Source: Clostridia bacterium (GTDB lineage: Bacteria > Bacillota > Clostridia > Peptostreptococcales > Acidaminobacteraceae). Taken from it: DNA of 64,000 nucleotides. The stretch lies in assembly GCA_014859095.1 (NCBI GenBank), contig JACUUV010000004.1, positions 17,390-81,389 of the forward strand, given 5' to 3'. Under the pieces are notes generated by a model, which made no database searches, had not been told where the DNA came from, and was given only the letters and a program-made list of their open reading frames with translations. This document shows positions 46,063 to 55,509 of the stretch, piece after piece. The number at the start of each line of letters is the position of its first letter. Position 1 is the first letter of the stretch. The position numbers and the translations under genes are program-made.

Positions 46063-47517
46063 ATGATGAATCAGGAAATGACAATTGCCAAATTCCACGA
46101 AGCCTTGTTGGCAGGAAAGACAACAGTAAAAGAGTTGGTTGAGTACTATTTGGATCGCATCGAGAAAGTAGATCCGATAATAAAAGCGGTGATATCCATA
46201 AATAAGGATGTTATCAAAGATGCACAGAAGCTTGATGAGTATTTTAAGAATAATGGATTGATCGGACCGCTGCATGGTGTGCCTATATTGGTCAAGGATA
46301 ATATGGAAACTATTGAAAACGCCACTACTGCAGGAAGTTTAAGCCTCAAAGACCATGTGCCTCACAGAGATGCCTACATCATTGAAAAATTAAGAGCAGC
46401 AGGTGGACTCGTGATTGCGAAGACGAATCTTCATGAGTTTGCGATTTGGGGTGAAACCATCAGTTCGATACTTGGTCAGACACTAAATCCATATGACTTG
46501 ACCAGAACTCCAGGAGGATCCAGTGGAGGAACAGGGGCTGGATTAGCTGCCGATTTCGCATTGATTGGACTTGGATCAGACACCATAAATTCTGTGAGGT
46601 CCCCTGCATCTGCCAATAATTTGGTTGGCATTAGACCTACTATAGGTGTTGTAAGCAGATCTGGAATAGTGCCTTATTCATATACTCAAGACACAGCGGG
46701 TCCTCTTGCAAGAACTGTTGAAGACGCAGTACTGTGTCTGGATGCCATGAAAGGTTATGATAAAGATGACGAGAGTACCGCATGGTACTTCAAGAATCAA
46801 AATGAAACATTGAAATCACATCTGGATCCGGAAGGCCTGAAAGATAAAAGGATAGGCGTTCTCAGGGAGTTGTTTGGAGCAAATGAAGTCCATTTGGATA
46901 CCACAAATGCTGTACTTAGAGCTGTCAATCAAATGAGGTCAGGCGGTGCGGTAATCATAGACATCGACGATATTTTTGACACGGGCGCGCTCGTCAACGA
47001 AGTGAGTGTGCACCTTCACGATTTCAAAGATCATCTGAATAGTTATCTGGCTACAATTCCCGATACTCTTCCGTGCAAAAACATGCAGGAAATAGTGGAT
47101 AGCGGTTTGCATCATCCGGGTGTGAAAGACAATATGATGACAGCGTTATCGCTTTCCACAGATACAGATGAGTATAGGATGCGTTTGGTCAAAAGGACAC
47201 AGCTTCAAAACAAGGTCATGAAACTGATGGCAGATTACGATTTGGATGCACTGGTGTACCCACATCAGAAACAACTTGTATGCGAAGTGGGATCATCTCA
47301 AAATGAACGAAACGGCGTGGTCGCTTCAGTGACTGGTTTTCCATCGATTTGCGTACCTGCAGGATTCTCGACACCAGATGATAATGCTCCAATTGGAGTG
47401 CCGATTGGTATGGAAATCATGGGTAGACCTTTTTCTGAAGGTATTTTGATAGAAATTGCATATGCGTATGAACAAAGGGCAAATATGAGGAAAGTACCTG
47501 TTGGATTACAAAATTAG
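46063..47517 (+). CDS. amidase (amidase-signature family)
   Basis: The GGSSGG motif (RTPGGSSGGTGAGLAA), GSDT.NS.R.PAS, and the upstream catalytic-Lys region (PILVKDN) fit a Ser-cisSer-Lys family enzyme. Confidence 0.85.
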   Translation: MMNQEMTIAKFHEALLAGKTTVKELVEYYLDRIEKVDPIIKAVISINKDVIKDAQKLDEYFKNNGLIGPLHGVPILVKDNMETIENATTAGSLSLKDHVPHRDAYIIEKLRAAGGLVIAKTNLHEFAIWGETISSILGQTLNPYDLTRTPGGSSGGTGAGLAADFALIGLGSDTINSVRSPASANNLVGIRPTIGVVSRSGIVPYSYTQDTAGPLARTVEDAVLCLDAMKGYDKDDESTAWYFKNQNETLKSHLDPEGLKDKRIGVLRELFGANEVHLDTTNAVLRAVNQMRSGGAVIIDIDDIFDTGALVNEVSVHLHDFKDHLNSYLATIPDTLPCKNMQEIVDSGLHHPGVKDNMMTALSLSTDTDEYRMRLVKRTQLQNKVMKLMADYDLDALVYPHQKQLVCEVGSSQNERNGVVASVTGFPSICVPAGFSTPDDNAPIGVPIGMEIMGRPFSEGILIEIAYAYEQRANMRKVPVGLQN

Positions 47518-47530
47518 AAAGGTGGTTATT

Positions 47531-47845
47531 ATGAGTAAAATCAGCGACAACTTAAACTATTTTCAGACAAATCATAAAAAAATCTATGAGGCTTATTCCA
47601 ATTACGGAAAGATGATTCATGAAGAAGGTGGACCTCTTGATGAAAAGACAAGAGCACTTGTCAAAATTGCCATTTCATCAGTGGGAGAACATCATTTGGC
47701 GCTTGAAACCCATATCAGAAAAGCTATGAAAGCGGGATGTACACTTGAAGAGATTGAACATGTCATATTGCTTACGGCACCTTCAGTAGGATTTCCAAGT
47801 ATGATGGAATCTTTATTGGTGTTTAGAGAATTCATTGAGAAATAA
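47531..47845 (+). CDS. carboxymuconolactone decarboxylase (AhpD-like) family protein
   Basis: LDEKTRALVKIAISSVGEHHLALETHIRKAMKAGCTLEEIEHVILLTAPSVGFPS is the CMD-domain pattern. Confidence 0.65.
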   Translation: MSKISDNLNYFQTNHKKIYEAYSNYGKMIHEEGGPLDEKTRALVKIAISSVGEHHLALETHIRKAMKAGCTLEEIEHVILLTAPSVGFPSMMESLLVFREFIEK

Positions 47846-47856
47846 GGGGGAATGAA

Positions 47857-49389
47857 ATGATATATATAGGCGTTTTGCTGGCATCCGTTTTTTGGATTTT
47901 GGTCTTTTTCATCCTGTTGAATAGGATGGAAAAAGACAATAAGGCACTTGTAGCATTGATCAAAAAATATGCACAAGGAAATTTTCTTGCGGAAAATGAT
48001 CAGAAGTTAAGATTCAAGAGCAACAAAAGAATGTCAGGTGAAATCAATGGTCTTCAGAAAACCATGAAGGACTGGCTGTACAACATGCTGAAATCTGAGC
48101 TTGAACTATCCAAATACGCCAAAATGTTGCAGGAAAATGCTGAGGAGTCTTTAAAACACATGTCTTTGATCGAATCTCAAATCAACATCATCAAAGGAAA
48201 CTCTCATGATATTGCAAGTGCTTCCCTTGAAAACGCTTCAGTATCAGAGGAGTTGCAGAGTGCCAATGACCAGATGGCGAATGACAGTCATGAGTATATG
48301 GAAGTCACAGAAGGCACGCTTAAGAATATTCAAGTTGGGAAGCATGCTATCGTCGGAGCACTTGAAGGCATCGATGAAGTGGAACTGAAAATGAGGAGCT
48401 CGGTTGAGAAAGTCAATGCATTACAAGATATGATGGACGCCATACAGACCATGACACAAGGTATCTCAAAAATATCCGAACAAACCAATCTGTTGGCACT
48501 CAACGCTTCCATCGAATCAGCACGTGCCGGTGAAGCTGGAAGGGGATTTGCGGTAGTGGCCAATGAAGTCACAAAATTGGCTGATGAAAGTTCAAGACTT
48601 GCTGAAGATATCGATCGTAAAGTCATGGCGATTGCAGAGAGCATGAAATCAGTTGTGCTTGAGATCAACAATGGTATGAAAACAACACAAACACTCAAAA
48701 GCAACAATCAGGAAGCCATTTCTCATCTGGACGAGATGGTCAAAGGTGCTGAAGGCATGCTGACTTTTATTCGTAGCATTTCAATTGGAATCCAAGAACA
48801 ACTCAAGGCGACTGAAGTATTATCAGGCAATGTCGAGAAGCTTGCAGGCATAGCGGCAGATTCTGATGGCGCGACAGTTGAGGCGGGAAAAGATGTTGAG
48901 GATCATCGTCATAAAACGAATGAGAATGCGATACTCGCTCAATCGATCAAAAGCATTTCCCACAGTTTGAATGCTTTTGTACAGATGTTTGATGAGGCAC
49001 TGAGTGAGGAGTTGTTCAGTACAGGTGAAAAACTTGCTGATATTATGAAACATCAAAAAATTGACAACGCTTATTTGCAGAAATTCTCCAAGGAAACCGG
49101 GATTTCCGAGTTCTACATTACGGATGAAAACGGGGTGACGGTATTATCAAATAATCCCGCAGGAATCGGATTCACAATTGAAAATGATCCTACAACACAA
49201 GCTTATCCCTTTTATGCGATTCTTAAGAACCCTAAACATACGGTATCTCAATCCATGATGGTAAGAGATATTGACGGAAAACACTTCAAATTCGTAGGTT
49301 TGTCCCGTACGGATCAAAGTGGAATCATCCAGTTGGGACTCAGTCTAGAAGATTTGTTGAAATTCAGAGGAAGATATGCGTTACTTTAA
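47857..49389 (+). CDS. methyl-accepting chemotaxis protein-type signalling protein with C-terminal extra domain
   Basis: One N-terminal TM helix, then a highly conserved MCP hairpin tip (TNLLALNASIESARAGEAGRGFAVVANEVTKLADES), then a non-coiled C-terminal domain of about 130 aa (...FYITDENGVTVLSNNPAGIGF...). Confidence 0.8.
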   Translation: MIYIGVLLASVFWILVFFILLNRMEKDNKALVALIKKYAQGNFLAENDQKLRFKSNKRMSGEINGLQKTMKDWLYNMLKSELELSKYAKMLQENAEESLKHMSLIESQINIIKGNSHDIASASLENASVSEELQSANDQMANDSHEYMEVTEGTLKNIQVGKHAIVGALEGIDEVELKMRSSVEKVNALQDMMDAIQTMTQGISKISEQTNLLALNASIESARAGEAGRGFAVVANEVTKLADESSRLAEDIDRKVMAIAESMKSVVLEINNGMKTTQTLKSNNQEAISHLDEMVKGAEGMLTFIRSISIGIQEQLKATEVLSGNVEKLAGIAADSDGATVEAGKDVEDHRHKTNENAILAQSIKSISHSLNAFVQMFDEALSEELFSTGEKLADIMKHQKIDNAYLQKFSKETGISEFYITDENGVTVLSNNPAGIGFTIENDPTTQAYPFYAILKNPKHTVSQSMMVRDIDGKHFKFVGLSRTDQSGIIQLGLSLEDLLKFRGRYALL

Positions 49390-50617
49390 TACAATAATAG
49401 TTGGAGGAGGGCCCAGCGGTATCACTTGTTCCTATTACTTGAAGATGAATAATATTGAACATTTGATCATAGAAAAAGGCGAAATGCTCCAGACATGGAA
49501 GCATGAACGCTGGGATTCCTTTTATCTCGTGACTCCAAATTGGATGACCAATCTTCCAGGTTTGGATCACGAGATTCCCTACAATAATGAATATATGTCC
49601 AAAGATGAGATTTTGCGAGTATTTGAGCGTTATCTCGATTTTGTTTGTCCAAATCACATGGAAAATACCACTATAGGCCACATTTCAAAATGCGAAGAAG
49701 GTTATCTTGTTGAGACCGACAGGGGTGAATTCATAGCGGAGCACATCATAATTGCAACTGGGATGTACAATAATCCTTTTGTACCAGAAATAAGTCAAAA
49801 ACTTCCTGAAAATGTCTTTCAGATGCATTCATCCGATTACAGAAATCCGGACCAACTCAAGCCTGGCAATGTTGTAGTGGTCGGTAGCGGGTGGTCTGGC
49901 GTTCAGATTGCACTCGAACTGCGTAGGTTGACAGGTCGAGAGATCTATCTTTCTATAGGAAGCATGACGCCGCTTCCAACTGTATACCGAAATATAAATG
50001 GCGTATACTGGTTGAATCGATTATCCGGTTATAAAAAAGGAAAAGCGATACTCAGTTATCATCTTGATGATTTTAAAAATACCAATATAGCCAACAAATT
50101 GAATCAAAATTTGAAACAATGTCAAATGGAAGGTGTGCAGATATTAGGTCGAATGACTGATGTGGAAGGCGATTTTCTAATCTTTTCCGATTCTCTTCAC
50201 AAGTCCATTGAAGATGCTGATGACTATTTGGACCAGGTCAAGATCAGGATTGAAGAGCACATCGCAATCGAGAAAATGGAAGTTCCAAGTGGAACGCTGG
50301 ATCATTACAATAATCGTTTGGATAAGGATCTGCTTAGAAGAATCACAGAACTGGATTTAGACCAAAATAAAATCGGAAATATCATATGGAGCACTGGCTT
50401 TAAGAGAGATTATTCATGGATTGATCTGCCAATATTTAATGAGAAGGGCTTACCTGTTGTTGAAGATGGGGATTCAATATCTGAAAGCATCTACTTTTGT
50501 AGTTTAGGTCTATCGGTGGACACAAAGCTCAAATCCGCTTTTGGAGTTGGACTTTTTGCTATCAATGAGTCTGCCGAAAGAACTGTTCAAATGTTGCTTG
50601 ATAATACTAAGAAGTAA
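49376..50617 (+). CDS. FAD/NAD(P)-dependent oxidoreductase (flavin-monooxygenase-like, two dinucleotide folds)
   Basis: GxGxxG motifs IIVGGGPSGI and VVVGSGWSGVQIALEL, plus ATG motif (IIIATGMYN). The start overlaps the MCP gene by 14 nt. Confidence 0.7.
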   Translation: MRYFNTIIVGGGPSGITCSYYLKMNNIEHLIIEKGEMLQTWKHERWDSFYLVTPNWMTNLPGLDHEIPYNNEYMSKDEILRVFERYLDFVCPNHMENTTIGHISKCEEGYLVETDRGEFIAEHIIIATGMYNNPFVPEISQKLPENVFQMHSSDYRNPDQLKPGNVVVVGSGWSGVQIALELRRLTGREIYLSIGSMTPLPTVYRNINGVYWLNRLSGYKKGKAILSYHLDDFKNTNIANKLNQNLKQCQMEGVQILGRMTDVEGDFLIFSDSLHKSIEDADDYLDQVKIRIEEHIAIEKMEVPSGTLDHYNNRLDKDLLRRITELDLDQNKIGNIIWSTGFKRDYSWIDLPIFNEKGLPVVEDGDSISESIYFCSLGLSVDTKLKSAFGVGLFAINESAERTVQMLLDNTKK

Positions 50618-50626
50618 GGGGGCACA

Positions 50627-52957
50627 ATGAATACAAAAGATGGTATCGGAACTTCACTTACAAGAAAAGAAAGTTTGGATAAGGTTTCAGGGCGAGTCAT
50701 TTACGGTGGCGACAACATGACACCTCAAATGCTTTATGCTGCACAAAAAACGAGTCCACACGCACACGCGAAAATCATCAAGATCGACACTGAAAAAGCT
50801 AAAGGTATGAAAGGTATCAAAGCGATTTTCACTGGAGATGACTATAAAGACAATTTGGGGTTATATCTTTGTGATAAACCTCCTGTAGCACGAAATGTAG
50901 TAAGACATTATGGTGAAGTCGTCGCAGCTGTGGTTGCTGACACGTATGCCAATGCCACTGCTGCAGCAGATGCGATTGCAGTGGAATACGAAGTGATGAA
51001 ACCAATTTTATCCCCATTGGAAGCACTAAGTGATGATGCTTATACCATTCACGAGGAAATGGGATCATATAGTCACATCAAACCGATTCATCCTGAACCG
51101 GGCACCAACGTAGCCAATAGAACAAAAATCAGAAAAGGCAATCCCACAGAGGCTTTCAAGAGTGCTCATGTGACCATAGAGACTTTTGTTGAGATTCCAC
51201 CGGGAGACCATGTTGCCATGGAGCCCAGAGTGGCTATCGCTGAGATAAAAAAGACCGGATATGTCCATATATTGTCATCTACTCAAGCGCCTTTTGTTGT
51301 AAAGGGGTTGATGCATCAATTCTTCGGGATCGATCAGGGAAAAATCATTGTAAAAGCACCACTGATTGGTGGTGGATTCGGAGGTAAGGCTGGAATCCAA
51401 CTTGAGGGTCTTGCTTATTTGTTGTCTCAAAAAGTTGGAGGTAGACCTGTCAAACTTGTCAACACACGTGAAGAGGATTTGACTGGATCTCCTGGTCATA
51501 TTGGACTTCAAGCCAAAATAAAGATCGCCGCTGATGCTGAAGGAAAAATCATGGGCATGGATATGGATTATTATTTCAACAGTGGTGCTTACGCCGATTA
51601 TGCCGTCAACGTTTCAAGAGCGGCTGCGATTTCTTGTACTGGACCATATTATGTACCCAATATAAGATGTGACTCCATGTGTGTTTATACCAACATGCCA
51701 TTCGCTACAGCATATAGAGGATTCGGACATATTGAAATGTCGTTTGCCGTCGAACGCGCCATGGATGAACTTGCGAATGCGCTGAAGATGGATCCACTGG
51801 AACTCAGAATAAAAAATGGTATCAAACCTCATGACACCACACCTGTTCAGAGTGTGCTCAATGAGAGTACTGGAGACATCATCAAATGCTTCGAAGAAGT
51901 TGGAGCCATGCTCGGTGGTGATATTGGAGCTACTCAGCAGCTTGAAAACAATACAGTTCGTGTCAAAGGCGTAACAGGACTCTGGAAAGCTCCTGCAATG
52001 CCTACCAATACGGATGCAGGTGCTATTCTTACTTTCAATTCCGATGGCAGTTGCAATTTAAACACTGGTGTAGTTGAAATCGGTCAAGGTACAAAGACCG
52101 GGCTTGCTCAAATTGTTTCTGAACGTTTGGGTATTCCTGTGGATAAGGTACATGTTGTCATGGAAGTGGACACAAGCGTTTCTCCAAGTGATTGGGCGAC
52201 TGCTGCCAGTCGAGGTCTTATGATGGCTGGGATGGCAACACTCGAGGCTTGTGAGGATGCAGAAAATCAAATCAAGGAAATCGCATCTGCAGTATTGAGA
52301 GTGCCGAAAAGAGATTTGAAAGTGGATGGTGAACGTGTTTTTGTACCTGATGAACCTAAAATAGGACTGAACCTCTCAGAAGTGGTGCTGGGTTATGTCT
52401 ACCCAAATGGCAACGCCATCTATGGACAAGTGATTGGTTCGGGAAAATATATCGCAAAGCATCTTACAGATCTAGATCCAGAGACCGGAGAAGGTCATCC
52501 GGATCTTGAGTGGACCCTTGGTGCTGAGGGTGTTGAAATTGAAGTGAATTTGAATACAGGCAAATATAAGATTTTAAAAGCTGTTTGTTGCATCGATGTC
52601 GGTAAAGTAATTAGTCCGGCATTGGCAAGAGGACAGATTGTTGGCGGCATGGCAATGGGTATGGGTTACACAACCATGGAAGGATTCACCTTCAATGACA
52701 GGGGACAGGTCACCAATGGTGTTCTTAGAGATTATAAGATCATGCGTTATGGCGACGAACCGGAATATCAAGTCAAATTTCTCGAAACGCCTCAGCAAGA
52801 TGGACCATATGGAGCGAGAGGTCTGGGGGAACAATCCGTAATAGGAATGCCAGGTGCGATCGCAAACGCACTTTCAAGAGCTGTTGGCAAAGGAATGAAT
52901 CAGATTCCATTGACACCGGAGAAAGTTTGGAAGACATCAATGGAGGTGAAGAGATGA
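50627..52957 (+). CDS. molybdopterin-binding large subunit of a xanthine-dehydrogenase-family hydroxylase (cluster 1)
   Basis: a/b-hammerhead N-terminus (R.ES.DKVSGR..Y..D), GGGFGGK, and the catalytic Glu region GARGLGEQS. 776 aa. Confidence 0.85.
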   Translation: MNTKDGIGTSLTRKESLDKVSGRVIYGGDNMTPQMLYAAQKTSPHAHAKIIKIDTEKAKGMKGIKAIFTGDDYKDNLGLYLCDKPPVARNVVRHYGEVVAAVVADTYANATAAADAIAVEYEVMKPILSPLEALSDDAYTIHEEMGSYSHIKPIHPEPGTNVANRTKIRKGNPTEAFKSAHVTIETFVEIPPGDHVAMEPRVAIAEIKKTGYVHILSSTQAPFVVKGLMHQFFGIDQGKIIVKAPLIGGGFGGKAGIQLEGLAYLLSQKVGGRPVKLVNTREEDLTGSPGHIGLQAKIKIAADAEGKIMGMDMDYYFNSGAYADYAVNVSRAAAISCTGPYYVPNIRCDSMCVYTNMPFATAYRGFGHIEMSFAVERAMDELANALKMDPLELRIKNGIKPHDTTPVQSVLNESTGDIIKCFEEVGAMLGGDIGATQQLENNTVRVKGVTGLWKAPAMPTNTDAGAILTFNSDGSCNLNTGVVEIGQGTKTGLAQIVSERLGIPVDKVHVVMEVDTSVSPSDWATAASRGLMMAGMATLEACEDAENQIKEIASAVLRVPKRDLKVDGERVFVPDEPKIGLNLSEVVLGYVYPNGNAIYGQVIGSGKYIAKHLTDLDPETGEGHPDLEWTLGAEGVEIEVNLNTGKYKILKAVCCIDVGKVISPALARGQIVGGMAMGMGYTTMEGFTFNDRGQVTNGVLRDYKIMRYGDEPEYQVKFLETPQQDGPYGARGLGEQSVIGMPGAIANALSRAVGKGMNQIPLTPEKVWKTSMEVKR

Positions 52958-53775
52958 TCGCATACAATCTTGATTACTTTAAACCAGAGACAACTGAAGA
53001 GGCGTATGAATGCATGAAAACTCTAAAAGAGGACAAAGTCAACGCGCTATATTATTCCGGTGGCACTGAGGTGATTACCAATCTCAGAAAGGGTGCGTCT
53101 AAAGCAGATGCGGTAATAGACCTGAAAGGAATTGTCGAAATGTCAGAAATCCTTGTCGAGGATGAATATATCGTTGTTGGAGCAAATGTTCCGCTGAATG
53201 TGATGATAGAACATCCGGAACTGGAATCTGTAATGCCTATTCTGAATAAAATTGCTGACCATACAGTCAGAAATGCATTGACCATCGGGGGAAACATTTG
53301 TGGAAAATTGCCATTTAGAGAGGCTGTTCTCCCTTTGTTGGCTTTGAATTCAAGCATAAAATGGGTTGATGAGAGCGGAATTAAAGAATCTTTGCTTAGA
53401 GATGTTTTTGATAAAAGATTGAAATTACCACCGAATGCTTTTTTGTATCAGATTATGATCCCTAGAAATGCTGGTGGCCAAATGATATCAAAGAGAATGG
53501 AAGCGCACACTGAAGTCGATTATCCGATTTTACATGTTGTGATGAACATTTCTGATACTGAAGTGTTCGTTGGTTTATCCGGATTCTCGAGTTTTCCGGT
53601 TTATCAGCTGATACCAAGAAATGTGTACGACGAGTGGTCTGATCCGGTAGGTTCCATTGCCGGTTTGTTTGAAAAAGATGCCAAATCGGATGAGCGTGCC
53701 AGCAAGGAATACCGAGTTCATCTTTTAAAGAACCAAATCGCTTTGTTTACCGGAGGTGCATATGATTCATTATAG
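52954..53775 (+). CDS. FAD-binding subunit of Mo-hydroxylase (CoxM/XdhB-like, cluster 1)
   Basis: FAD_binding_5-type N-terminus (Y..P.T.EEA......, YSGGTEV). ATGA start/stop overlap with the large-subunit gene. Confidence 0.8.
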   Translation: MIAYNLDYFKPETTEEAYECMKTLKEDKVNALYYSGGTEVITNLRKGASKADAVIDLKGIVEMSEILVEDEYIVVGANVPLNVMIEHPELESVMPILNKIADHTVRNALTIGGNICGKLPFREAVLPLLALNSSIKWVDESGIKESLLRDVFDKRLKLPPNAFLYQIMIPRNAGGQMISKRMEAHTEVDYPILHVVMNISDTEVFVGLSGFSSFPVYQLIPRNVYDEWSDPVGSIAGLFEKDAKSDERASKEYRVHLLKNQIALFTGGAYDSL

Positions 53776-54253
53776 TGGAAATGTCAGTATTCAGTTGAAT
53801 GTCAATCGTGAAATCCATGAAGTGGTTGTGATGCCTCAAGATACATTATTGAGAGTAATGAGAGAAAAGATTGGATACACAGGCCCTAAAGCGGGATGTG
53901 AGAACGGAGATTGTGGGGCTTGTACGGTTTTGATGGATGGAAAACCTGTTAAGGCATGTCTCATGCTTGCAGTTGAAGCAGTAGGAAAAGAAGTATTGAC
54001 CGTAGAAGGTCTTGAAGATACCGAGATTCAAAAGGCATTCATATCCGAAGGTGGATTCCAGTGTGGTTTTTGTACAGCTGGATTTCTTATGAACGCATTT
54101 GCATTGCTTGAGACAAATCCTGATGCGGACGAAGCGGAAAAGAAAGATTGGCTCAGCGCCAATCTGTGCCGTTGTACTGGATACGAAGGTATAGAAAAGG
54201 CACTGACTCTCGCACAAAAGAGAATTCAGGAAAAGAATAATAATAAAAGATAG
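53762..54253 (+). CDS. [2Fe-2S]-binding small subunit of Mo-hydroxylase (cluster 1)
   Basis: The Cys motifs CENGDCGACTV, CGFCTAG and CRCTGY are the two 2Fe-2S sites of CoxS/XdhC-type small subunits. Confidence 0.88.
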   Translation: MIHYSGNVSIQLNVNREIHEVVVMPQDTLLRVMREKIGYTGPKAGCENGDCGACTVLMDGKPVKACLMLAVEAVGKEVLTVEGLEDTEIQKAFISEGGFQCGFCTAGFLMNAFALLETNPDADEAEKKDWLSANLCRCTGYEGIEKALTLAQKRIQEKNNNKR

Positions 54254-54284
54254 GAAGAGCCCCTTTAGGGGCTCTTCCTATCTT
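54252..54284. terminator. bidirectional terminator between operon A and the AAA+ gene
   Basis: 12-bp GC-rich stem AGGAAGAGCCCC-TTTA-GGGGCTCTTCCT followed by ATCTTTT. Confidence 0.75.
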
Positions 54285-55496
54285 TTACGCATTTAGTGCC
54301 ATTCGCTCATTTGTAAGTCTTTTATAGGTATTGTCGATGAATTCCAAAACATTTTTGATTTCTGGATATTGTATAGTGTCTTTATAAGTGGTAGAGATAT
54401 TTTCAATCAGTTTCATCAGATCGGATAATGCCTGCTTATAAAGCTTGTCAATATCAAAATTTGGAAAATCCTTTTGATTTTCAATGTGTCGATCCAATTC
54501 ATCGAGAATGGATGTAAGGACTTTCTCGTATTTCTTTGCATCCCTTCCAGGTTTATCCAAAGTTTCATAAATGACTTCTTTGACCTTCGGAATATCCTCT
54601 TCTTTCTGCCAGAATGAAAATTGAAGGGCATTTAAATCTTCTGGGATACAATGGGTTCTACCTTCAAATAGTGCACTTGCCTTGACCAGATTTCTGCTGA
54701 GTTTCAATCGTCTTGGTGAAATGGAGATATTGTGCTTTTCCTCTAGTTGAGTGGCAATGGTCACCATGCTTCTCGCTATTTCGGAACTCATCTTTATATT
54801 GGGAAGTTCGTCTTGGATCAACATGAGTTCTGATAATTTGATTCTGGATTCACAGGTCAAATCATCGTCCATCAGAATCATCTTAACTTTATTGTCGGGA
54901 TCTTTTAAAGGTTTGAGATGATACCGTGCCAGGAATCTGTCGTGAAGTGCCTGAAGTTTGAAGTCTGTTTCTTCAGCGTCTAGATCATCCTTTTGTTTTG
55001 GGAAAAAATTGGTGTCAGCCATGAAGAATCGAAGGTTGGTTTTTATGGTCTCGGTTCCATTTTTGAACTCACCTTCGTTCAGAATGGTCAATAAGCCAGA
55101 GTTGGCTACTTGATCGCTGACTCTGTAGAATTCTGAGCAAAAGGCTATCACGGCGTCAGGTAAAAAACCTTTGTAATGGCGTTTGATAATTCCGTGTGTT
55201 TTAAAATAGGCGATGTCCGGAGCCCCGAAAATATTGTTTGGGGATATGTCAGCTCCCATTTGAATGTGAAAATAGGGGGTGCCTTTTGCTTGATCGAAAT
55301 CCATGTGAGCCACAAATTCTCTTAGAATGGCAGATTTTGCTATCCCGGGTTCTCCCAGTACAATCATGTGGGTCCTTGAAATCATGGATAGCATCAGACA
55401 GGTCACAAATTCATCCACTTCATAGTATTTGGAAGCGATGTGGTTGCGGATATCGTGTAATTTTTGGCTTGCAGCTATGAGTTCATTTGTTTTCAT
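54285..55496 (-). CDS. MoxR-class AAA+ ATPase, RavA-like
   Basis: Walker A GEPGIAKS (55355..55332). GFLPDAVIAFCSEFYRVSDQVANSGLLTILNEGEFKNG aligns with E. coli RavA [37 protein letters not shown]. The Walker B Asp is replaced by Ser. Confidence 0.75.
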   Translation of the reverse strand: MKTNELIAASQKLHDIRNHIASKYYEVDEFVTCLMLSMISRTHMIVLGEPGIAKSAILREFVAHMDFDQAKGTPYFHIQMGADISPNNIFGAPDIAYFKTHGIIKRHYKGFLPDAVIAFCSEFYRVSDQVANSGLLTILNEGEFKNGTETIKTNLRFFMADTNFFPKQKDDLDAEETDFKLQALHDRFLARYHLKPLKDPDNKVKMILMDDDLTCESRIKLSELMLIQDELPNIKMSSEIARSMVTIATQLEEKHNISISPRRLKLSRNLVKASALFEGRTHCIPEDLNALQFSFWQKEEDIPKVKEVIYETLDKPGRDAKKYEKVLTSILDELDRHIENQKDFPNFDIDKLYKQALSDLMKLIENISTTYKDTIQYPEIKNVLEFIDNTYKRLTNERMALNA

Positions 55497-55509
55497 AAAT
55501 CGTATCCTC

